Source of the DNA: Eledone cirrhosa
Lineage: Eukaryota
DNA length: 64,000 nucleotides
Reading direction: 5' to 3'
NCBI GenBank assembly: GCA_964016885.1
Contig: OZ024743.1
Location: forward strand, 100,192,001-100,256,000
Positions 22,101 to 34,100 of the stretch are shown in pieces (position 1 is the first letter of the stretch; every line of letters begins with the position of its first letter). The notes beneath the pieces were generated by a model that was given only the letters and a program-made list of their open reading frames with translations, was not told where the DNA came from and did not search any database. The position numbers and the translations under genes are program-made.

Positions 22101-25100
22101 AGTTGAAAATGTTTCCTCTTCTGACTTCATTATTTTCACAGTGAAGACTTTTAATTAGTAGTTATATTTACATTAAATTTACCTTAAAATATTCATATAT
22201 ATATATATATATATAGTATTTCAGTATGTTATTAAATGCCTGTCTTTTTGTTGTTTTGTCTCTTACAACAGTTGCTTCCAAGTACTGCTATTATATATTG
22301 CTGTTGGGTAAAGATGGACAAGCAAAACCCTAGAGAGACAGATACTATAGAAGATCATTCAGGTTTGAGTTAGCTACTTTCTTATATTTTGTTCTGAAGA
22401 TTTAAAAATATTTCTCTCACATATTTAGTTTAAGAAGCAATCGAACACCTTGCATGTTGATTAGCTCATAAGATCTGTTTGAATTAATGTATGGTTTAGG
22501 AGTAGTTAGTTGAATGTGAAACATCCAGCATGTTGTGTTCTTGAGCAAAACACTTCATTTCACATGGCTCCCATATATACAACTGAAAATGAATACCAGC
22601 AGTAGCTGAGAGTTAAACCATGCGATGGATTGACATCCTTTCCAGGGTGGCAGGGTGTCTTGTACTCTCAGTCACTTAATGTCAGAGAAACCAAGATAAG
22701 CACCGGCCTAATGAGCCTCGTAGCTTGAGATAGGCTTTTAGACTTTTTTTTTTAAAGTACTATAGTTGATTTAATCCAGTTCTTCTTCAAAATTTCTGAC
22801 CTTGTGCCAATGTCAGAAATTATGGCAGCAAATTGGCAGAGTTGTTAGAACATCAGAGAGAATGCTTTGCAGTATTCATTCTGGCTCTTTCAGTCCAAAT
22901 TCTGCTGAAGTCAACTTTGTCTTCCGTCTTTTTTAGGTTGATAAAAAAAAGTACCGGTCAAGTACTGGGGTCAATTCTTCTATATCTCTTTCTCACTTTC
23001 TATTCTTCTCTGGAAGAAATCTGCTGTGTTCCAACCTGAAGAGGGATAGGCTCTGCCAGGCTTAAAATGCCCAATAAACGCTGCATGTCACTACAGTACC
23101 CACGCCACTCCACTCCACTCCGCAGCACTGCACTGTTTAAATATCAATAATTTACAATTATATAATTTTACCTGATTTTATTTGGTTAAATTTGACTTTT
23201 ATGGGCAGGTGAAATTAATTAATAGGGGCATTTGAAGTATCAACCAGGTGCAAATACTGGTTTAATTTTAAATACGTTGTTTTTGGCATAATACTTGATA
23301 TATAAGGATCACTAAACCATATATCAGTGTTCCAGTAATTCCACAGTCTTGGAAATTGTTTTATACCGAACATAATATTTATGGTAAAAAATGCTTGTAT
23401 TTCCGCAGCATCTGTCGGTCGCCAAACAGATGGGGTTTTCCTCGATTTGAAATCTGTTGTTGGGCATATCGATTAATCTCTTCTGCCACAACTTCGAAGA
23501 AATTTTGTGGTAAAAACAAAAAGAAATAATCCAGTGCTTTAGCATTGGGAGCTAATGTATCTTGTGGAGCAGTCTTTTGAATAAAATCGGGAACATATAT
23601 TGGTGTGGTATTTTTCAACCACGTTGCTGTAATATTTTCAATGGCGTCCTGGAGATCTCCTTCGTTTTCACTTTCAAAACAACAATCATCATCGGATGAA
23701 ATTTCACAAGTGTAAACTTCTGATTCATTTGAAGATAAATCACTAATATTATCTTTTGTTTCTTGTTCATTCTGAATGTCGTCATGTGTAAAACCTTCAA
23801 AGTCGGTATCGCTACTTTCGCAAGCCATGTTGATACACAAAAAATCTGTTCTACTTTCAATGTTAAAAAAACACGTGTTGTTTCAAGTTATTTCACTATA
23901 TTAAGTGTTAATTTTCGCGGTAAGGGCCTAATCTCGCAGTGTTCTCGAATCGATGACGGTATTGTTTATTAGAACGATATTTTAGTGTGGGTGTTATCGG
24001 TCGGTATCGGGCAGTTTGAACAAATGAAGGGAAAATAATTGCTGCCGGTTTGGGGCGGTTTGAACACTAAAGGGTTAAATCCACAAACTTAACTAGCAAG
24101 CAATTCTAAGTGATTTGTGTTGTTATGGTAATGGGGGAGATGATTGTGTTGGTAACACAGATAGAAATGGTAGAAGCTCCTCAGTGAATTATGTTGGAAA
24201 CTATTTCAGATTGCTTCTATTCTGGATGTTGTTGTGCTAATGATGACAGTGATTGTTGATATTGTTGCAGACATATTTGTGTGATTAAGAAGTTTGCATG
24301 GCATCATGCGCAAGTGTTTTTGTTATAGACTCTGGTCAACCCTTGTGAGTGAAACTAGGTAAACAGAAAGTAGATGGATTGTACTTGTAATTCAAAGGTC
24401 CAGCATTATCAAGTTGATCTGACTTAGAAATTACACTAAGGGAACAGGTATCTGTGGAATTCCCAGCCATTAACATGTGGCTGTGACTTGTGGTTGTTGC
24501 TGATGTTGTGGTAAAAATTGTAGAAGTTATAGCAATGCCTGTTGCTGTTGTTTTGTTTTCAGGAAGTCAATATCAAGCCTGATTCCATTGCCCATTTAAA
24601 CTGGCCGTATCTGGCCAGTTCTCTCACCTCTTTCTGTTTAAACAGGCCATAACTGGCAACTCATACTGATATTAAGATATTGTTCTCAAAATAAATAATA
24701 CCAAAATCTCATGGATTCGATATTATGCAAAAATGCAATAGTTAATATAGAGTAATGTAAATGCTAAAGGGTTAAAGCTAGCTCCCAATGTGTTGATATC
24801 CTTAAAATTATCATGAATGTTACAACTTCCCATTCTTCCCTTAATCCTTTAACATTTACATTACTCTATATTTACTATTATATTTTCATGGTAAAGGCTT
24901 TACCTCACATAATTATCTCACATAATATCGAATCTATGAGATTTTGAAAGTATTTATTTTGAGAATAATACCTTAACATCAGTTTGAACGACCAGTTACA
25001 GCCAGTTTCAATAGATAGAGGTAGAGAATTCTGGCCGGTTTGAACATTAAAGGGTTAAAAACATACATGTATATATCTGAATTGAAAAGTCTTCTTTTTA

Positions 25101-28100
25101 TTTCCAGGCGAAGTTGATCCTCTTGAACATGTGGCACTCAGTATGCAGATATTATACCGTTATCAGTCTTTGATGCCTTCATCTCTGTCTGATGTCACCA
25201 TTGAGGGAATCATAAAAAGAATACATAAACTCTTTGTTCAGTGGGAAGAAGATAAAGAGACTGCTGCCAAAGACACCAGTGGTGTAGTTTCAGATGAAAA
25301 ATACCTAGAGATTCAGTTGCAGATTGAAATAAAACTATACTTTTTCAAGATATTTGCTGACATTGGTCTAAATGGAATCAAGAATGTAAGAAGATATTTT
25401 TGTACCACTATCATCATCATCATTGTCAATTTTAATCTTGTGTCATCTTATTTTGAGACCTCACCACTTCCCATATCTTCCTTGATCTTCCTTTTTCTGA
25501 GTAAATTCCTCTGATAGTACACTTGTATTTTTCCATGCAACCGATGTCATTTAATTTGATCTCGGAAAAACATTAGCTCTTTATACCCTTTGCTCATTCT
25601 CCCAGGATGTTCAGCTTCAGTGCTTGACAGTTATAGCTTTGATATTAACTTGTCTGAAACCATCCCTGGTTCTCTGATACAAAACTGCTATATTTTAAAG
25701 TGTTCACACATATACATATTTATATATGTGAAAAGTCGAGGAAAAATAACACAGGAGAACAATGATACAGTATAATGATCATATATATTAGTTTAATGCT
25801 TGATATAGTAGGAAAAGAGTCTTCATGTAGTGTGTGTGTGTATATATATATGGAGGCACATGGCTTAGTGGTTAGAGCATTGGCCTTGCAATCGAAAGGT
25901 TTTGAGTTCAATTCTCAGACCGGGTGATGTGTTGTTTCCTTGAGCAAGACACTTTATTTCACATTGCTCAAGTTTACTCAGCTGTAGAAATGAGATGATA
26001 GGGACTGGGGTCCCTATCATTCCACTGCAAAGTGGTCGTGGAGGTGCCACGGCAAAAAAGCACCCAGCACTCACTGTAAATGAGGTTGATGTTAGGAAGG
26101 GTATCCAGCTGTAGAAATCAAGCCAATATCAGTTCCCGTCCCACCCTTGCAAGCAGGGAAAAAGCCGACATAAAATGAAATGATGACGATGATGATGATG
26201 ATCATCATCATCGTTTAAACGTCCATCTTCCACGCTTGCATGGGTTTGGACGGAAGTCTTCCCACTTGAGGCAAGAGTGGTTGTCTTGCTGGTATAGGAC
26301 TGTCTGGCGGGTTTTCTACGGCTGGATGCCCTTCCTAACACCAACCACATTTACAGTGTGGACTGGGAGGTTTTTACCATGTTACCTACACGGCCACATT
26401 ACAGCGTGGACTGTGTGTTTTTTTGTTGTGCCACCTACACGACATCATTTGTTTCGGACTGGATATTGTAGTACCAACATAACTTTGCATTGAAAGGGGT
26501 GGTGTGGATGGGATGGGGTAGTGGGACGGGGTGTATTTTTGTTAGAGGTGCCTACTGACTGTAGTAGGTTTCACTTTGGACTTAGGTAAGGCGGGTCTTC
26601 TGTATTACTGTGTTATGCCAAAGATCTCGGTCCAGTGACATTGTCTTGGAGAGGTGTAAGTGTGTGAGGTCGGAATTTATCAGGTCGTCCCAGGTTTTTC
26701 TGGGTCTGCCTACTCCGTGGCTACCGTCTATCTTTATTGCCCTGCACTTTTTTATACAGCTATCGACTTTCATGCGCATCACGTGTCCGTACCAACGTAG
26801 TCTTCTCTCGAGTAAACAACATCTGATCCCTCTTATTTCTAATTTTTCCCTTAGTTCGTTTATGCTTTGCCGTTCACGTATATAACTATTACACATCCAG
26901 CGGAGCATGCAAGCTTCGTTCCTCTCCAGTCTGCGTATATCCTCTGCACACAATGCCCAGGTCTCACTGCCATGTAACATTGCTGTTCATATGCAGGCAT
27001 CATACAGCCTGCCTTTCATTTTTAGAGAGAACCCTTTAGCGGCTAATAGTGGTATAAGCTCTCGGAACTAGTTCTGACTCTAGCTACTGTACTTTCAGAG
27101 CACCCTCCACCACTGCTGATTTTGTCACTCAAGTAAAGGAAGGTGTCCAATATTTCTATAGAACCATCTGTGCAATGGAATGAGCTAGTATTCAGTGGGC
27201 ACTTGCTGCTACTTATTGCACCAGAGCACCGGCCACATATAAAATCTATATTCTTAGTTAGCTTACCTGTGATCCCACTACGTCTTTTATGCACCCATAC
27301 TTTGCATTTGGGACATAAAATGGAGTTTCTGCCTACTCCTTTCCTACACACTGAGCATGGCCATTTCCCGGATGGGACCGGTGCCCTATTTTCCTTCCTA
27401 CAAACTAGAACTTTAGTCTTAGACAGGTTAATTTTAAGGCCTTTTGATTCTAGGCCATGCTTCCATGTTTTGAATTTCTTCTCTAGTTCAGCCATTGATT
27501 CAGCTATGAGCGTTAGATCATCTGTGTATAGGAGTTCCCATGGGCAGCCGGTCTTGAACTCCTCTGTTATAGCCTGAAGGGCAATAATAAATAGTAGGGA
27601 GCTAAGAACGGAGCCCTGATGAACACCAACTTTTACGCTAAACTCTTCACTATATTTGTTGTTAATTTTAACCTTGCTGACTGTTTCTTTATCCAAACCC
27701 ATGCAAGCGTGGAATATGGACGTTAAACAATGATGATGATGGCTTGTATAGCTCTCACAAGCCATTCATCAACACCTAGTTTTCTAAGAGCCCACCAGAT
27801 AATGGAACGAGGGACTCTGTCAAAGGCTTTCTCCAAGTCGACAAAAGCTAAGTATAGGGGTTTACTTTTAGCTAGGTACTTCTCCTGTAGTTGTTGTACA
27901 ATGAAAAGAGCGTCTGTGGTACTTTTACCTGACACAAACCCGAACTGCATTTCATCTAGATCAATTCGCTCTCTGATTAGTTGCGCTATTACTTTTTCTG
28001 TGATCTTCATGACCTGGTCGATTAATTTAATGCTTCTATAGTTACCCCTATCTAGGGCATCTCCTTTACCCTTGTAGCAGTTAATGATGATGCTGCTACG

Positions 28101-31100
28101 CCAGTCCTTCGGAACAACCCCATTCTGTATGATTTGTTTACTATCCGGGTGACCATAGTGTGTCCCACCGTTCCAGAAGCTTTCAGCATTTCCGCAACTA
28201 TTTCCGAAGGCCCAGCCGCCTTACCCGTCTTCATATCTTTGATTGCCTTACTTATTATACTACCTTCAACTAACACTGCTGGTCCCTCTATTGGATCGAT
28301 GTGGGGGAGACTGTGTTTCTCCTATTTATTCTCCTCATTTAATAGCCTTTCGTAGTGACACTTCCAAGCTACCATCTTATCAGCGTCAGTGATGGCAAGT
28401 ACACCATCATCATTAAGGAGACACTTCTCCCCGACAATATCACGGTTTTCCTTGACACATTGCCTAGCAATCCTGAACACCTCACGTTTTTGGTCCTCGC
28501 GTTGTAGAACATGCTTGAACTTTCTTTCCTCTGCTTCCCTTCTTGCGAAGTACACTTGTCTTCTAGCTTCCCTCTTGGCCACTTGATAGTCTTCTCTACT
28601 TCCCCCATCCCGCCATACTTTCCAAGCCTGCTTTTTGGCCTTAATTGACTCCTCCACCTTACTGTTCCACCACCACGTTACTCTCCTCCTGCCTATAGGC
28701 CTGCTCCAGCCACAGACTTCATCTGCCGCCATCAGCAGGTTTGCTTTCAGGAATTCCCACTGTTCCTCTATATTGTACGACTCTAATTGCTCTTCCTTAC
28801 TGTCGAAAGCATCAAGTAAAATGCTTTTAAATTTATTACTGGCTGTGGGGTCCTTTAGCTTCCATATTTTTCTCCTGAGGATAGTCCTCTTCTGTTGTCG
28901 AGTACGTCTTGTCCTGACTATGAGGTCGCTAATTATGAGTCTATGTTGAGAGGTGCATTCTTCATGGGGGAGGGATTTAGTGTTTACAACAGACACTCTA
29001 TCACGTCTTCTGGTAAGGATATAATCTACCTGGCTGGTATGTTCCCCTGATCTGTAGGTGATCAAGTGATTGTCTCTTTTTTTGAAGTTAGTGTTACAGA
29101 TAGTTAGGTTATTTGCGTCACAGAATTCCAGGATTCTGGAGCCTGCCTCATTTCTAGTACCAAACCCATAGCCTCCATGGATTCCATCATAGCTGTCACA
29201 ATGTTGTCCAACGTGACCATTTAGGTCGCCAGCAATAATTATATAGTCACTGTTGATTATTTGGGAGGTAGTGAGCATCAGTGTCTCATAGAATCTGTCT
29301 TTTATAGCGCCAGGCAGTCTGGATTGGGGTGCGTACGCAGATATTACTGTCACAGTAGTTCTATTTAGAACAAGTCTTATTTTAATTATTCTGTCGTTCA
29401 CTCTATTTACGTCTATTATCTTATCCACCCATTTTTCTGCTAACATGATTCCTACCCCACCCAGAAAAGCTTATAGCATCGCTTTTTACCCACAATGAAT
29501 CTAGCAGACCCGCCTCTCCACCTGGTCTCTTGGATGCAGCAGACATCAACTTCCTTACGTTCAGGCATTTCTATAACCTCGTTTGATCGACCTTTTAAGG
29601 TGCCTACATTCATGGTACCAACTCTGAAGTTTTGGATTGCGTTTGGTGGGTGGGGCACGGGGATGGGGTTGGGGTTATGTTGGCCATCCGCTGCCGAAAC
29701 AAAGGGGAGGAGTCCTTGCCCTTTCGTCCGGCAGCATGAGGTGAATTTGTCGTTATCTTTGGCATTGTCACTGAGTGTCCAGATTCTTCAGACTCTCCAG
29801 AATTCCTTAGTCCATCCATCATATCGAAAAGCAACCAGGAGAAGTGATAGCATAGGTCGCTGACTTATGATTGGTCCAAATAATAATGGTGGAGAGTGGG
29901 GGCAGGTGGGAGGGGTATGGGGTAGTTAGCGAGGAGAAGGTTTTAAATAAAGCATATAACAGTAATAAGCGATATACTAGGATTTTAAAATACATAAGAT
30001 TATTTAGAACAGCCAGACAGAATTATAGAATAGCATTGAGAAAGCAGGATTGGATTCTGGGCGATTATATGGATGAATAAACCGAAGGATGGCGAGAAGA
30101 AGAAAATGGTATTTTTACATTACATTTCGTGGAAGTGGACTGACCATTAATAAGAGTTGACAAATTCTGAGATTCGTACCTCGTAACAGGTTTATTTATA
30201 TTTGGTGCGAGTAGGGAGTGATCGAGAGAGAGAGACCAACAGGCACGTATGTGATAAAGAGGCGGGGGGGGGGGGGGGGGGTAAAGATTTAGAAGGACGA
30301 GGGAGGCCATTTTTATGAATCCTGGAAAATTTCGGCCAAAATTAAGATTAAGCGAGGAGAAGGTTTTAAATAAAGCATAGATATATATAAAGTTATCTTG
30401 AATATCAAGTTTGAGTTGTGAGTGTATTACAATTTGTAGAATAATAATAATAATAATAATAATGAAATTATTGTGTACAGTGCTCAGGTGCACTACAACT
30501 CATCAAAGGTGCATGTATAGTACATAGAATAATGTACAAATGTCAGGAAAATAAACAGTGTATGAGTCATGATATAATAACAATAACGAAATATTGTGCA
30601 CCACAACTCATCAAAAAAGTGCATGTACAGTACATAGGGCAATGCACAAACATCAGTAAAATGAACAGTGCACGAGTCATGATACACACATGCAATGCCG
30701 TAAATGACAGCGTCAGGTAAAATTTACCTCAATTGATAGAAATCAGTGACTAGATGTGTGTTGGCTGATAGAGATGATAGAAAGAAAGGAACAAAGGAAG
30801 AAAAATGGACGAGAGAAGGTCACACAAACATTTAAATACTCTCAGCTTTTGTCAACCAATGTCATTCTTTTTTTTTTTTTCTTCAAACTTGTTTTCATTT
30901 TTAACCTTGTTTTTTTTGTTTGTTTTTTTCTTTCTAGAATGATCTGAAGAAATTTCACATAAATGTTATTTTGGACTTTTTAGTAACCATTCGGGATCCT
31001 CAGTTACTGATTGTCATCAAGTCATTAGTATGTCAGGTAAACTTGTATTATTGAAAATACTTTTGTTGTTCTATTCAGGCAGATATATACAAGACGATTC

Positions 31101-34100
31101 AAAAGTCTGGTCCCATAGAAAATGTATTTAACACAGTTATTTTTGTTTAAAATTTATTAATTAATTAGTAGTTTATTTTAGTTAGTCTTCACGTCTATAC
31201 ATTTTGAACATGTATTTTAACTGATAACTAGTTAATAAATAAATTTTAAACTGAAATAGTGTTAGATACATTTCCTATTGAGCCACAGTTCTGAAATAGC
31301 CTGCATATGGCATTTACATACAATTTACAATATAGGTTCTAAGAGGACTCTTCAATCTGGACAAGCATGTTACAACTTCTCTAGTGCCTTGTCCATCCTG
31401 TTAAGTGGTAGTGTTGATATCACAAATAAACACACCCATTACACCCTGTAAGGTGGGTGGTTCATGTCAAACATGGAAATAAGCAAGATGAAGTCGTTCT
31501 GATCCGATCTCTCCTCATATGCCAACCCATCCAACCATGGAAAATTGACATAAAAATGATGATGATGATACAAGCATAACAAGGAATACACAGTTAATAT
31601 ATAAAAAGAAGAGAGAAAAGAATTAATACCAAACTTCACAAGCTTCATTTTCTTTTTCTCCCAAAAAGTCTTAGATTTGTTTTCCTTTCATTTTTCAGCT
31701 TCTCTATAAAACTGGTTTCTTTGTGGGTTTGAAGAATGAACTTCTTATATGGCTTGATTGGATGGTACATTTTGGGGCTGACCAACAGGGAAATACTTTA
31801 CTCCAGTTTATATCAAATCTCTTTATGGTTTATATTTCAAATCCTTACTCTTACATTGACCAAGTAATAGATGTGATTTCTCAGGCACCCACGCTTGTGA
31901 CTGGAGTCAGTGAAGATGACAAGACAAGCACATCCGAGCTTGATGCAGTTTTAGAAAGTGAGTATAATAGTTAACTATCTTTTTAACAGTAATAATAATA
32001 ATAGCAATAATAAATATCGTTTTGTTACCAGTAAGGAGTCTTTGACTCTAAATAAGTTGTCAGCTCGGCTACTCGGAATAACCTAACTAAAAGATACATG
32101 GCCTAGTGTTTAGGATGTTGGGCTCATGATTATAAGATTGTGGGCTTGATTTCCAGTTGGGTAGAGCATTGTCTTGTGACACAATTTTGAAAGCTTCGGT
32201 TGATCCTAACCATTATTCAGCTGTTATTTGACATGAAAGATCAATATGTGAGGCTGAAAATATTATTCAGAATATTCATAGTTATTGGAGTTTGCATCTG
32301 AAATATAAATTAACCATATTTCTAATGCACTGCCTATGTGTTCAGTTAATTTAAAAAATAATCAAACATTTGGAGAAATTAAGAAAAATTTTCTAAAATA
32401 AGATTTTGATAAAAATTCTTTATATAAGGTTAAATATTTTAAAATGAACAGTTTTATATCATAAATTGAGGTTTCAGGTGGTTTATTGTTTCAAGGTTAA
32501 CCCTTTAGAATTTACATTACTCTATATTTACTATTGTATTTTCACAGAAAACACTTTATTTCACATAATATCAAATCTACGAGATTTTTATAGTATCTAT
32601 TTTGCGAACAATACCTTAACATAAGTATGGTTACGGCCAGTTTGAACTGAAAGAGGTGAGAGAATTCTAGATGGATATGGCCGGTTTAAATGCTAAAGGG
32701 TTAAATATAAATTAAGATACTGTAATATTGCACTGTTATCTATACATTCATTTTTAAAATGAACTCGAGAGGGGATACAGAGTGAGCAAAAGTAATTTGA
32801 CATGTTTTTATTCTTCATTATTATATTTCTAATTCTGAGTTCAAATCCCGCCGAGGTTAACTTTGCCTTTCATCCTTACGGGGGTCGATAAAATAAAGTA
32901 CCAGTAATGCACTGGGTAATTGCTGGCCCTGTGCCTAAAGTAGAAACAATTATTATATTTCTAATAAGATATTGCCTAGAATCTTTAAATAACTTTTTGA
33001 AAATAATCAAGAGTTTGGAGAAATTTAGTAATATAATGGATTCTCTCATTATTAAGCTAGTGTTTAAATCATAACTTAAGATTTTTTTAGATAAATATAA
33101 ACACTTCAAAATAAAGTTTTTATCATAGAATCTGATGCAGTTTAATATAAAAAGGGTTAAATTATTTTCTATAAATTTTGCTACTTATTTTTTAAGTGAT
33201 TATTGATAATTTTAAATGTGTGTGTTTAACAGATTTTAATGAAGATGAATTAAGCCAGACAGATCTTGAAACTATTGCATCTAATAGCAACGAAAGTGTC
33301 ATCAGGTAAATGAAAAGTGTTTTACCTTTTTCATTCTAAATTTACCTTATTAATTTATTTATTAATCCTTTTGTTATTATCATCATCGTTTAACATCCAT
33401 TTTCCATGCTTGCATGGTTTAGATAAGTTGTCAAGTCTGGTGACCACATCTTGCGCATACGGATCTCTATTTTGGCTTGGTTTCAATGGTTGGATGCTTT
33501 TTATCATGGTACCATTTAACAGGGCGGACTAGGTGCTTTTTGATATGTCACCAGCACAACTCTCCTTACAGGGTGATATAATTGACATAGCTAAAGAGTT
33601 TTCTCAACCCTTTGTCTGGCATGGATTGTGGCTGGATGCTCTCCCTAACAAGAACCACTTTACAAAGTTTATTGAGTGCATTTTTATCAACAGCATTATA
33701 CATCTAAACAGTTCACTTGTCTCTGCTTACTTTAATTTGCCAAACTGATAAAACAGATTCTATCTGGGCACTGAAGGTGGAAGACTTACGTAGATTAGAG
33801 AGAAACGAAGCCTGCATGCTCTGATGGATGTGTAATAGTAATATACGCGAACGACAAAGCATAAATGAATTGAGAGAGAGACTGAGCATAAGAGGAATCA
33901 AATGCTGTGTGCAGGAGAGGCGGTTGCGTTGGTATGGACATGTGATGCGTATGAAGGATGACAGCTGCATAAAAAGGTGCAGAGCACTAGAAGTCGATGG
34001 AAACCGCGGAGTGGGGAGACCCAAGATAACCTGGGATGAGGTGATAAAAGCCGACCTTACCCAATTACACCTCTCAAAGGCGATGACACACGACCGTGAC

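Noticed and set aside
26582-29834. Active autonomous LINE or domesticated gene
   Set aside because: The ORF is broken by several frameshifts, small deletions and a nested insertion.
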